NCBI RefSeq assembly: GCF_001194135.2
Contig: NC_068987.1
Span: 12,366,001-12,408,302, forward strand
Direction: 5' to 3'
DNA from: Octopus bimaculoides
Lineage: Eukaryota
Length of the DNA: 42,302 bases
Positions 22,662-35,439 of this stretch are shown one piece after another (the first letter of the stretch is position 1; each line of letters opens with the position of its first letter). The notes under the pieces were generated by a model, which saw nothing but the letters and a program-made list of their open reading frames with translations, was not told the origin of the DNA and made no database searches. The translations under genes and the position numbers were made by a program.

Positions 22662-23199
22662 GTTATTATTATTACTTGTTTTCAATTGTTTCTTGTCTTG
22701 GAACAAGAATTGGAGAACATGCATAGATGCATAGACAGGTTAACAAGAATTTTTGTTTAATAGAAAAACATGTACAGAAATGTTCAGGGTTAATGAAAAA
22801 AGAAAAAATGTTCAGGCAAACAAACGCTGTCAGAATGCTCTGATAATGCTATCAACGATAACATTGTTATACTCAAGTATTGCTATTTTCCTACTTTCGG
22901 TATGTTTATTTGTCAATGCCCTGACATTAATGGTTGTGTATCACTCTGGTGGTGGTGCCAACTACAAATAAGATGACAGATGCATTCATTAACTGCAATA
23001 ATGCTTTTAGTCCAACAGTCAGGTCAGTGGTATTTCTTAGCTTTCCTGCTTGTTTCTGCAGCTTGTTTCTGCACAATGTTTTAGTTATTTGGCATTTGCT
23101 GTGTCGATAATTTTAATGTTCTGTTTCCATTTTTACCAAAGATAATGATGTCATGTCTACTGCCTGCCATGTGTGGCCTGCCTGTTTGCAAAAGGTCCC

Positions 23200-23368
23200 A
23201 TATTTTTACAGTGATTGCATGGTTAAGAAGCATACTTTGTAACCACGTAGCTTCGTGTTCAGTCCCACTGTATGGTACCTTCGATGGACGTTTTCTACTA
23301 TAGCTTCAGGCTGACCATCACCTTGTGAGTGAATTGAGTAGATGGAAACACTGTGCCACATGTGTGTG

Positions 23369-23413
<45 letters not shown>

Positions 23414-23423
23414 NNNNNNNNNN

Positions 23424-23473
<50 letters not shown>

Positions 23474-23545
23474 TTCTGCTGTAGCCTCAGGCAGACCAAA
23501 GTCTTGTCAGTGAATTTGGTAGACGGAAACTGAACGAAGCCTGTT
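23200..23545 (+). mobile_element. Two S1 head/CORE fragments around (TG)n and a gap
   Basis: The CORE-like segment occurs twice, at about 23270-23350 and 23470-23545. Confidence 0.7.
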
Positions 23546-24004
23546 ATATATATGTATGTATGTATGTTGGTATGTATCTGAGTATGTGCGCATGTGCACG
23601 TAGCGTGTGTGTATGAATATGTATAACCCATGCCAGCATGGAAAGCAGACGTTAAACAATGATGATGATGATGTTTGTGTGTACCTTTCTAGTCTCAAGA
23701 TCACTTGATGGTTGTAAATGAGCATCACAATCATCACCATGATCATCATCATCATCATTAGGGTTAGAAAGAAGGCTGTTTGTTTCCAGACTCCCATGCA
23801 AAAACAAGTCAAACTAGCTACAGGAAAATATTTCCTTGCTTGGAAACATGTAAGCATCAACAATAAGAAGACCATCACCCCATAGAAACACCTGTCTCAA
23901 CAAATTCCGTCTGCCCCACGTGAGCATGGAGAAGTGAACATTAAATGACAATTTTTTCCGTTTTTTTTTTTTTAACAATCTTTGATTTCTTTCATCATCA
24001 TCAT

Positions 24005-24195
24005 CATCATCATCATCATCGTTTAACGTCCGCTTTCCATGCTAGCATGGGTTGGACAATTTGACTGAGGACTGGTGAAACCAGATGGCTACACCAGGCT
24101 CCAATCTGATTTGGCAGAGTTTCTACAGCTGGATGCCCTTCCTAACGCCAACCACTCTGAGAGTGTAGTGGGTGCTTTTACGTGTCACCCGCACG
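24005..24195 (-). mobile_element. RTE-type 3' tail fragment
   Basis: CATCATCGTTTAACGTCCGCTTTCCATGC...GGATGCCCTTCC; the same tail family as 10430-10600 and 34535-34995. Confidence 0.8.
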
Positions 24196-24526
24196 AAGGC
24201 CCAATTTCCATTGTTGTTTGTGCAGCTGGCATATGCAGAGTTACTCTCATCTACATTAAAATATCTTGAGAGCACAGAACTATCCAGCACTCATATTACC
24301 TTCTCTGCGGTTCAATTTTATATGTTTCAAGGGTCAATTCAGCTTCATTTTATTGTCATTTTATTGCATTTCTTCTGTCCAAAGCACATCTTAAAATCCT
24401 CCGCTAAACTGTTTGATGGTGTTCAGTAAACTCTCAAGCTGGTTGTCTGTGCACAGCATACAAGCTTAGGTTATCAGTGAAATGGCGATAATGGATGAAA
24501 TTGTGCCTTTCTCACTTCATGTAGTG

Positions 24527-24560
<34 letters not shown>

Positions 24561-26155
24561 ATCGTCATTGTCATCGTCACCACCATCACCACCACCACAA
24601 ACAATGTGTACACACACACATATATATGTATATATATATATATATATNNNNNNNNNNNNNNNNNNNNNNNNNNNNNNNNNNNNNNNNNNNNNNNNNNNNN
24701 NNNNNNNNNNNNNNNNNNNNNNNNNNNNNNNNNNNNNNNNNNNNNNNNNNNNNNNNNNNNNNNNNNNNNNNNNNNNNNNNNNNNNNNNNNNNNNNNNNNN
24801 NNNNNNNNNNNNNNNNNNNNNNNNNNNNNNNNNNNNNNNNNNNNNNNNNNNNNNNNNNNNNNNNNNNNNNNNNNNNNNNNNNNNNNNNNNNNNNNNNNNN
24901 NNNNNNNNNNNNNNNNNNNNNNNNNNNNNNNNNNNNNNNNNNNNNNNNNNNNNNNNNNNNNNNNNNNNNNNNNNNNNNNNNNNNNNNNNNNNNNNNNNNN
25001 NNNNNNNNNNNNNNNNNNNNNNNNNNNNNNNNNNNNNNNNNNNNNNNNNNNNNNNNNNNNNNNNNNNNNNNNNNNNNNNNNNNNNNNNNNNNNNNNNNNN
25101 NNNNNNNNNNNNNNGCATGCATGTTTGTTCCCCACCACTGCCTGACGACTGGTGTTGGTGTGTTTACATGGTTCGGCAAAAGAGAACGATGGAACAAGTA
25201 CTAGGCTTATTAAAAGAAGAAAAATAAGGGATCTTTCTGATTTGGTGGGCACCACTTGTTTTCTTAGTACTGCCGATAGTTGTTGTTGACAAGCAACGGC
25301 ACTAATTTTATTCAAGGGAAAAGATCCCATTACACCACTTTCAGTAGAAAACACACTAAATAAAACATGAATAAAAAGTGGCGCCCGCCAAATCAGAAGG
25401 ATCAAAATAAGTACCACGGGCAATTCTTTTGACTAAAATTTCCGCACAAGACAGTGTTCCAGCATGGCCACAGTCTAATGACTGAAACAAGTAAAAGATA
25501 AAAACTAAAAAATGAAAAATAGAAGATAAAAGACCATGTACTGATTGCACAGAAATACTAATGATCAATGTTTTGACATTGACTGAGGAGAAAACAAGTT
25601 GCCTATGACAAATATTAAATCTCTTAAGCTTGTCAATCAAATTGTAAAGCTTGACTCCTAGGCATTTCTGAGGAAGCAAACTCATAAATCTCAGAGAATA
25701 TATTCATTTTCTTCTTCTTAATCTCTCTTTTCCTTCTTCTTCTGTTTTTATTTGTATATTTGTTTGCATACCAGCACGTGTAGATGCATGTACTATTAAA
25801 TAATTCTTTGCTTCAGCTCATCTGAAGTATGCTGTCTGCATAACCATCTCCCTTAATTTAACCCCCCTTACCTGAACCATTATTCCTCCAGCTGTTATCC
25901 TTACAGTACCTCACTTTGCTTACCACAAACCTGGGATAGCAGACTTCTCCATAACTTCCATAGAGTAAGTCCTAGGGTCGATTTGCTCGACTACAGGCAG
26001 TGCTCCAGCATGGCCGCAGTCAAATGACTGAAACAAGTAAAAGAGTAAAAGAGTAATAGAGATATTAAATTATGCTGGCCACAATCTACTGATGCTGACT
26101 GGTGAACCAGTTTTTGGAGGATTCCATCAAGCTGTACCAATATTATGTTGGATAA

Positions 26156-26310
26156 ATATAGCAATAATAGCAATAAAAATTGTTGGATGGAATTTATAAA
26201 GATTTAATGCATTGCTATGTGCATTTCCAGAGACATTTGATTTGTGGAAATGCACGTAGCGATGCATTAAATGTTTGTAAATTCCATCCAACAATTTTTA
26301 TTGTTATTAT

Positions 26311-26318
<8 letters not shown>
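26156..26318. repeat. Long near-perfect inverted repeat (foldback)
   Basis: Core arms 26163-26229 and 26245-26311 are 67 nt each and 62/67 complementary, around a 15-nt spacer. They extend to 74 nt with one more mismatch. Confidence 0.97.
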
Positions 26319-26365
<47 letters not shown>

Positions 26366-26589
26366 TATATACATATGTATATGTACATACTTACATCTAT
26401 ACATACATATGCATATGTGGGCACAGGACGTCACAAAACATAAACAACAAAAAGTACAAAGTACGAGTACATGGAATATGAACTGTTTTTTCGAACAACG
26501 AAAGACACAAATGGAAAATAAGACTAACAGCATAAAGAACGATCCTTCATCAGTTGTTGGCTGTTTTTCTACTCCTGTATTTCGATCAG

Positions 26590-26745
26590 ATGAGCTTCTT
26601 TCAGTTTCCATCTGCCTAATTCATTCGCAAGGCTTTGGTTGGCCAGAGCCTTACTGGAATACATTTGCCCAAGGTGCCATGCAGAGAGACAAAGAACCCA
26701 AGACTACATGGTTGGGAAGCAAGCTCCTTAACCATACAGACACGT
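26590..26745 (-). mobile_element. S1 SINE head/CORE
   Basis: Contains CTTCTTTCAGTTTCC...TTGCCCAAGGTGCC...GGTTGGGAAGCAAG. Confidence 0.75.
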
Positions 26746-27094
26746 CTGGAAAAGTAAAATTGTCTGCAACAGTTTGAACCAAGAAAATAAGAAGATAAAA
26801 CTCAGACATTGCAAGTATTCAGCCCTGTAGTGTTTTAATGTTTCTGTAATTCTATTTCCTGCCCTTTACATTGTTCATTATATTGACAGAAATAAAGACA
26901 TTAAATGATATCTTTCTATTTATACATCAATATACAACAGACAGTCAGCATTGTGTGTGCTTATTTTTTTCTTCCTGTAGTTTACTTCCATTAATAGCTG
27001 AAGTAATCTAAATATAAAAGAAAATAGTTTTCCATTGACATTGAAATGGCAATATATATTATTGTCCTTTGTGTGTGTATGTATGTGTGTGTGT

Positions 27095-27131
<37 letters not shown>

Positions 27132-29019
27132 TGGCTGTGTGTGAGTGGTTGCATGTGTACTTTTGCCTTGACAACATATGATATTTGTAGATGGGCATCA
27201 CCATCATACAAGCGATGTTATATGTTTCTAAGGAAAAAATAAATAACCATGTCCTGGCCATGGTGAAATATCAGTTTGCTTGGAAGCAGGTGAGGGCTGG
27301 TGACTGGAAGAGCATCTGGTCATCTGGTCATAGAAAATCTGTCTCAACAAATTCCTCTTGACCTCTGCAAGAACTGAAAAGTTAGCAGTAAATGAAGATG
27401 GTGGTGGGGAGAAGGGTAGAGGGATAGAAGGAGGACGTGCCATTTAAAATGTGTTTACAAAATTGGAACGGTCAATATTTTGTCTCCAAGAAGCCTCCTA
27501 AAGAGGCTTATGTGTTCCAAAACATAGTGCTCCACTTAAAACTATAGGGATTGTCAGACAAAGACTCTCGAGTTGTCTTCTCACTGAAGAATATCCCAGA
27601 CAGTTTGAACTAAACCCAAAATACTTGTTCTGAAATAGAAACCAGGGAGCAAGCATTTAGTGATTTGTGTCAGAGGTTGCCAGGCTAGAATTAAATTAGA
27701 AGAGATTTAGATTAAATTATGCTGGTGTGTATAAAATTGATAATGTATATGCAAACATTGAACATCCCTGACCATTCTGGGCTCCTTTTGGGGGTCTTTT
27801 GGCAAGGGTCTGTCTGTTACAAACCCTAGGACTCATAAGGCCAGAGCTTAGATTGGTTTTCATAGTGTATAAGTGACTGAGATTAGAACCCTACCATATG
27901 AAAAGGAAGCTAGTCCCTCACAGGTTAACTTCCCAGCTATTGCTCAAGTTCGTTTATAGCTGATTGAACTGAAGGAACATGAAATGAAGTATTTTGCTTA
28001 CAAACACAATGCATCATCTGGTTTGGGTATTGAACCCATGACCTTACTTTCATGAGTGTAACATCTGAACCACTAGACTATACACCATTTCTACGAAGGG
28101 CCATTGTTGTAGCACAAGAATGAATCCTGTAAAATTTGTTCATTAATGGATAGGTGTGAGAACTTAAGGAATATGTACAGGAGAATGTAATTTAGGGATT
28201 AATTTGATTTGTGGAATAGGGAACACAGAGGTTTTTGGGCCCACAGTGACATCTAGGAAGTTAGTGTTTGTGAGATTAACATCTACAGGGATGACCACTT
28301 CACCAGCAATGTCCAAGGTTTTTAAAGAAAGAATGCAATGTGGATGTGTGTGAGGGGAATGGTATGTGTATGCACATACCATGTTAATTATGTATCAAAT
28401 TTTCCATTGCAATATTTGTCACTGGATGATAAAGATGACAAAGTTAAAAATAAGGAAACACTAAAGCAAGAGAATTCTGAACATTTAATCACACTTTCAT
28501 GGCATTTATTAGAAAAGTTAATTAGAAAAGTATAATGCCTCATCAAGAGGTTTGTGATAACCTTTAATGAACATTCAAGTACCAAATTATGTTGTGGAGC
28601 AGGTGATTGCAGCAAGAATATATTTGACTGTGGGTCTATTCAATCATAAAAAAACAGCATTATCTTTAGCAATAACTATAAGAGCAGCTGTCAAAGTGAA
28701 ATTTCTAAAACCTTTGAGCTGAAAAGAGAATACTGTTTAGTACAACACAGTAGTGCCAAAAACATTTGGCAACAACTAAACAGTAATATTTATCAAGCTG
28801 CCTCTGATTATTTGGTACAAATACTTTGGGTTACTAAGCCAGCATTAGAATCTTGCATCAGCACTGGTGGTGGCCTACAAAATTCCAGTGTTTCTAGTGT
28901 TTTAATTTGTCTAAAAAATTTGTCTGGAAAATTCTGTTGTAGCTTGTCAAAATGAATTTGTTTTTATGATGACATTTACAAATTATTTCTGATCTTGTGT
29001 TTAATATGTCTGTTGTTTG

Positions 29020-29330
29020 ATGTTTTCTACTATAGCCTCAGGTAGACCAAAACCTTGTGAGTGGATTTGGTAGATGGAAACTGAAAGAAGCCCATTGTAT
29101 ATATGTATGTGCTTGTGTATGTTTGTGCGTCTGTGTTTGTCCACCCAACATCGCTTGACAACCGATGCTGGTGTGATTACATCCCCATAACTTAGCGGTT
29201 CAGCAAAAGACCTCGATAAAATAAGTACTAGGCTTACAAAGAATAAATCCTGGTCGATTTGCTCGACTAAAGGTGGTGCTCCAGCATGGCCGCAGTCAAA
29301 TGACTGAAACAAGTAAAAGAATAAAAGAGA
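29020..29330 (+). mobile_element. S1 SINE, 5'-truncated; another copy lies at 29800-30185
   Basis: CORE end, short linker, tail GACTAAAGGTGGTGCTCCAGCATGGCC. Confidence 0.85.
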
Positions 29331-29355
29331 GTATACATACATAAATACATACATA

Positions 29356-29400
<45 letters not shown>

Positions 29401-29733
29401 ACACACACACACACACACACACACNNNNNNNNNNNNNNNNNNNNNNNNNNNNNNNNNNNNNNNNNNNNNNNNNNNNNNNNNNNNNNNNNNNNNNNNNNNN
29501 NNNNNNNNNNNNNNNNNNNNNNNNNNNNNNNNNNNNNNNNNNNNNNNNNNNNNNNNNNNNNNNNNNNNNNNNNNNNNNNNNNNNNNNNNNNNNNNNNNNN
29601 NNNNNNNNNNNNNNNNNNNNNNNNNNNNNNNNNNNNNNNNNNNNNNNNNNNNNNTGCCTTTCATTTATGTATGTGTAGACTCATATATATATGTATATAC
29701 ATTCATACTTAGACACACTGACACACACATACC

Positions 29734-29775
<42 letters not shown>

Positions 29776-30192
29776 TATGTATATATATATGTGTTGTGTG
29801 TTAAGCAAGTGTCTTCCATTATAGCCCCAGGACAATCAAAGTGTTGTGTGTGGATTTGGTAAACAAAAACTGAAAGAAGCCCATCTGCATGTGTGCATGT
29901 ATTTGTGCATGCATGTACATGCCCATGTGTGTACATGCCCATGTGTGTACATGCCCATGTGTATGTGTGTCTGCCTTCTCCCCACATCATTACTACTTGA
30001 CAACTGGTGTTGGTTTATTTATGTCCCTGCAACTCAGCAGTTTGACAACAGAGATTAACTGAATAAGTACCAGGCTTTACAAAAATAAAAAAGAAAAATG
30101 TACCAGATACTATTTATTTAACTGAAACCCTTCAAGGTAGTGCCCCAGTATGGCCACAGTCCAATGACTGAGACAAATATAAGATAAAGCAT

Positions 30193-30572
30193 ATCGTTGC
30201 ACTCCATCAGTTACGACGATAAGGGTTCCAGTTGATCCAATCAACGGAACAGCCTGCTCATGGAATTAACGTGCAAGTGGCTGAGCACTCCACAGACATG
30301 TGTACCCTTAATGTAGTTCTCGGGGAGATTCAGCGTGATGCAGAGAGTGACAAGGCTGGCCCTTTGAAATACAGGTACAACAGAAACAGGAAGTAAGAGT
30401 GAGAGAAAGTTGTGGTGAAAGAATACAGCAGGGTTCGCCACCACCCCCTGCTGGAGCCTCATAGAGATTTAGGTGTTTTAATTTAATAAACACTCACAAA
30501 GCCCGGTCTGGGAATCGAAACCGCGATCCTATGACCACGAGTCTGCTGCCCTAACCACTGGGCCATTGTGAC
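30193..30572 (-). mobile_element. Full-length S3 tRNA-derived SINE
   Basis: Head AATGGCCCAGTGGTTAGGGCAGCAGACTCGTGG...GGTTTCGATTCCC contains A and B boxes. Confidence 0.85.
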
Positions 30573-31849
30573 TCGACACAGAGCGTATAAGATACAGATA
30601 AATGAGATGCAAATAATTTGTATCTGGAATTCGTATTCTATTCTACAACAAATTGACAACAAATGTCCAAAACATGCTTTCATTTTCCCACATGCAAAGC
30701 TCATGCATATTTCTCAAGACCTACTTTAGATTCCTTCATTCATTTTCCTCTTCATCTTCTTAGTTTAAAAGTACACAACATAGGTTTTTGATTTTCGCTA
30801 TTCTGCCAGATGCAGTCTCATGTGAAAATCAGCATGTCAGGCAGATGTCAAAGGTTATACATTAGATAATTGCTCGTTATAAAACCTCAATTAGTGTTCT
30901 CCTTGTTGCCTGTCTATTGCTTTCTTTTTTTTTTCTTTCGGTTTGTGTATTCTCTTTGATTCAGAATAACTTCCATAGTCTTCATGCACTGCTATAATGG
31001 TAGAATCTAAATTAATCTTGTAACACACGCTTCAGACAGAGTTGGTATGTAGCTTATTAACAATTTTTTGGGTTATATTTTTTTGCTATAATAATTATGT
31101 AGTATTGTTGTTTACCATCACTTATTGTTGTGATAAATGAGATTCCTTCATAAGATTTGCTCTGATGATGTAGTACTGTGCACTCACTTCTTTGTCTGTG
31201 TTGTCCATGTAAACAAGCTGCTAATTTTAATGCGTATTTATACATATGTACGCATGGATGTGTGTGTCTATGTGTATGTGTGTGAGTATGCACGGGCATA
31301 TTTTGTAAGTATATGTATAAACATATACATACATAATACATACATACACACACAGAATCATTATCATCATCATTGTCATCATCATCATTACCATTATCAT
31401 CATCATCATCATTGTAGTCATCTTCATCATCAGCATCATCATCACAGCCATTTTAATATCCACTTTTCCATGCTTACATGACACGTAGAGTATTTGAGGC
31501 AAATTTTCTATGGCTCGATGCCTTTCCTGCTGCTAATCCTGGGGGGGGGGGTATGTACATGCATATTTTGTAAGTATATGTATAAACATATACATGCAAT
31601 ATATGCATACATACTTACATATATACAAACATACAAACATACATACATACATACATACACATACATACTCACATATCATCATCATTGTCATTGTCATCAT
31701 CACCATCATCTTCATCATCATTACCATCATCATCAGCGAGAGAACGATGAGTGATGAAATAGAAACAGGGGAAGAACAGCAGGTGGATGCAGTGAGAGCA
31801 TCCCAGCCAACAAAACTGTCCTTGTTAGTGTTTTCCCTGTTATGCTTTA

Positions 31850-32081
31850 TATTTGGTTGTCTGGAAAGTTCGTGCCGATTTATAGTAGCTTACCTTTCGA
31901 CTTATTTGCCATGAAACCACCTCAGTTCTGGGAAGAGGGTATTTTCAAGTTAAAGGAAAGATGGAGACACATTGTGCAACAAAATGGTTCATATTTGGTT
32001 GATTAAAAATGTAATGGCAAGTATTTATTGATCTTTTTCTTTCCTTTAAGAATTGACACAAACTTTCCGGACAATCCAATA
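31850..32081 (+). mobile_element. Mariner MITE family M2 (internally deleted, both TIRs)
   Basis: TIRs TATTTGGTTGTCTGGAAAGTT / AACTTTCCGGACAATCCAATA. The interior encodes a mariner C-terminus, AMKPPQFWEEGIFKLKERWRHIVQQNGSYLVD*. Confidence 0.88.
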
Positions 32082-32094
32082 CATACATAAAAAA

Positions 32095-32530
32095 GGCATA
32101 GGAGTAAGTATGGTTGTGTGGTAAGAAGTTTGCTTCCCTGCGGAAGGATAAGGATAAGGCGGTGAGATGGCAGAAACGTTAGCACGCCGGGCGAAATGCT
32201 TAGCAGTATTTTGTCTGCTGTTACGTTCTGAGTTCAAATTCCGCCAAGGTCGACTTTGCCTTTCATCCTTTCGGGGTCGATAAATTAAGTACCAGTTACG
32301 CACTGGAGATCAATGTAATCGACTTAATACCTTTGTCTGTCCTTGTTTGTCCCCTCTATGTTTAGTCCCTTGTGGACAATAATGAAATTAGAACTTTGCT
32401 TCCCAACTATATGGTTCTGAGTTCAGTCCCATGCTGTGGCACCTTGGACAAGTGTCTTTTACTATAGCCCCAGGCTAACTAAAGCCTTGTGAGTGGATTT
32501 GGTAGGTGGAAACTCAAAAAAGCCCATCAT
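32095..32530 (+). mobile_element. S1 SINE interrupted by an S2 insertion (32139-32389) with a 15-bp target-site duplication
   Basis: AGAAGTTTGCTTCCC (32124-32138) and AGAACTTTGCTTCCC (32390-32404) flank the insert. Confidence 0.85.
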
Positions 32531-33249
32531 GTATATATACATGTATATGTGTGTTTCTTCATTGAAAATCTTTAAATGTTTGAGACTAAGCATTGAGTTT
32601 CATCCTGCCGCTATGCTATTAAGAACTCGATACTCTCACTTTTCGTTCCTCAGCAATTTTACACAACTTCCCAACATATAACAAATGATATTTTGCTGTA
32701 TCAGATTTTACCATTTTTATATCATGATGCATTAGTAGTTTCATAATTGTTGTAAAACTATCTCCAACACACTGGTTTGCTTGCCTTGAAATTTATATTT
32801 TCTTTATAGAAATCATGCTTCTTTGTAGGCTCTGTTGACTGTGATTTACACAGTATTAATATACATAAGACTCTACGCATTAATAAATATTTAGAATGCA
32901 ATTGTAGAAGCATTTTAGAATAAATAAGCAAGTTTCTTTATATTATAAATGTCACATGTCAAAGTGGATTCTGTGATAAACAATAGTTTGTAATACATTA
33001 TGTTAAAAAAATCTTATTACATATTTCCCAATGCTTCTATATTTATGTTGTACATGTGAACAATTATTCTTTTCTGCTAAGATTAAGGCATCTAATTTGA
33101 TGGAAGAAAGACTGGATCTACTTCTGTGTAATAGTTAGCATGTCTGTTTGGGTTACAGAAAATCCATGGCTTGAGTCCTGCAGGCATATTTGTGCCATTT
33201 TCCATGTAAGGGATCTTAAACCCAATAAGTTATTAATTATAGCTGGGTG

Positions 33250-34115
33250 AGGCGGCAAACTGGCAGAATCCTTAGCACGCCAGGCAAAATGCTTAGCAGT
33301 ATTTTGTCTGCTGTGACATTCTGAGTTCAAATTCTGCCGAGGTCAACTTTGCCTTTCAGGGTCAATGAAATAAGTACCAGTTACAACAGAAAGGATTATT
33401 TATAGCTGGATTTTGCTTTGTGACACATAAAAACAAACATATTAGTTCAAATTTTTAGCACAAGGCCAGCAATTTCAGGGAAGGGATAAGTCAATTTATA
33501 TGAATCCCAGTGTTCAACTGGTACTTATTTCATCCACTCCGAAAGGATGGATGGCAAAATTGACCTCAGCAGAATTTGAACTCAGAATGTAGTGATGGAC
33601 AAACTGCCACTAAGCATTTTGTCTGGTGTGCTAATGATTCTACCAGCTCACCACCTTAATAAAGACTTACATATTTTCTACTCTAGGTACAAGGCCCTAA
33701 ATTTTGGGGGAGGAGGCCAGTCAATTAGATCGACCCCAGTACACAATTGGTACTTAATTTATCGATCCTGAAAGGATGAAAAGCAAAGTCGACCTTGGTG
33801 GAATTTGAACTCAGAACTAAAGACAGACGAAATACCACTAAGCATTTTGCCTGGCATGCTAACAACTCTGCCAGCTTACCACCTTAGAATATCTACATTA
33901 TTCTTTCCTATTGTAGGCACAAGGTTCAACATTTTGGGGGAGAGGGCTAGTCGATTAGATCAACCCCAGTACACAACTGGTACTTAATTTATCGACCCTG
34001 AAAGGATGAAAGGCAAAATCGACCTCAGCAGAATTTGAACTCAGAATGTAACGACAGACGAAATACCACTAGGCATCTTGCCCGGCGTGCTAACATTTCT
34101 GCCAGCTCACCGCCT
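33250..34115. mobile_element. S2 SINE cluster: one plus copy (33250-33400) and three head-to-tail minus copies (33450-33657, 33675-33885, 33905-34115)
   Basis: Repeated GGAATTTGAACTCAGAA (B-box reverse complement) and GCCAGCTCACCGCC heads. Confidence 0.85.
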
Positions 34116-34534
34116 TGACTCACATATTAATAAGTATATTCAGGTGAGAAGATAGTTAACTCTCCTTGTATAAATGACCATTCAGAGGACATCACACTTG
34201 CATATTTAAATAGATTATATAAAAACTGAAGCAGCCTTAAAGCTTTTCCTTGGTCAATATTAAATAGAAAAGAAACAACATCATCAAAACAATTTAGTCT
34301 CTTTATTGACAAGCATACATCGAAACAAGGCTAGTATATTCTCACAGTCAGATCTATGCTAATTATAGTAATGCTATAATTAGTTCTTGAAGCTCTTCAA
34401 ACTAATATAATTGAGGATATCCTGCTTCTTGTAGTTATATGAGACTCTTTGATAAAAACACCATTATGAATTATAAGTGGTTTGCAATGGATCATTTATA
34501 CATGCTTTTCGGTAGTTATTTCAATATTCCTATT

Positions 34535-34995
34535 TCATCATCATCATCATCATTTATCGTCCACTTTCCATGCTAGCATGGGCTGGACGATTTGACTGGG
34601 GACTGGCGAACCAGATGGCTGCACTAGACTTCAGTCTGATCTGGCAGAGTTTCTAAAGCTGGATGCCCTTCCTAACGCCAACCACTCCGAGAGTGTAGTG
34701 GGTGCTTTTTACGTGCCACTGGCACAAGAGCCAGTCCGGTGGTACTGGCAATGGCCATGCTCAAATGGTGTTTTTTACGTGCTACCTGCACAGGAGTCAG
34801 TCTAATGTTTTGTTCACATGCCACCAGCACAAGTGTCAGTAAGGCAAAGCTGGAAACGATTGTGCTCAAATGGTGCTATTTACATGACACCGGCACAGAA
34901 GCGAGACTGCTGCTCTGGCAGAGATCCCGCTCGGATCGTGATGTTAGCGATCCACTGGCACGGGTGCCAGTCATCGAATTTGGTTCGGTTTCGAT
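34535..34995 (-). mobile_element. RTE-type 3' UTR/tail
   Basis: Reverse complement of the tail at 10340-10600, extended by the segment also seen at 2990-3075. Confidence 0.75.
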
Positions 34996-35281
34996 AAGTT
35001 TCATGTTTTCTGTTTTAAAATTGAAGTTTCAAATGACTTATAATAATTTGTCGCACCGTTTTCTTGATAACAAAAAATCAAGAACAACAAAAATCTGATT
35101 ATCATCAACTGAAATAATAAAACTCTTATATCAGAAAAGCCTTGAAATGTATGTTGATCAAATTCTAAAGGCCTGTAGAGAAAACATCAAAAGGATTTAC
35201 ATTCTCTGAGATCATATGAAAATCTGAACATAGTACTGCAAGCTAATAAGACATCTGTTGACTGTACAATGTTTCCATGTC

Positions 35282-35425
35282 TTAACCCTTTTCATACCAA
35301 TCTGTCCAAGAACACTTCTACTCGATTTTAGAATACAAACTTCTTATTTTAAAGTGATCTAAATTAAAACCTTCCATTAAAATCGAATGTTAATTTGTTT
35401 CAAATACAGCTCAATAATAATTAAG
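35282..35425 (+). mobile_element. TTAA/piggyBac-like MITE family B, left part
   Basis: Starts TTAACCCTTTT. The interior is collinear with 40745-40823. Confidence 0.6.
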
Positions 35426-35439
35426 TTCATGACTATTCT

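Noticed and set aside
22753-22971. GPCR TM6-like hydrophobic ORF
   Set aside because: There are no conserved receptor motifs, and AT-rich DNA yields hydrophobic runs by chance.
25935-25965. Kinase glycine-loop-like YGSYGEV on the minus strand
   Set aside because: It has no VAIK or other kinase motif and is cut off by a SINE.
26520-26595. Second hammerhead (minus strand CGAAA...CTGATGAAGG)
   Set aside because: Stems I and III cannot be formed convincingly. It is probably a fragment of another repeat.
30500-30572. tRNA genes at A/B-box motifs
   Set aside because: All are SINE heads followed by SINE bodies, and I found no complete cloverleaf.
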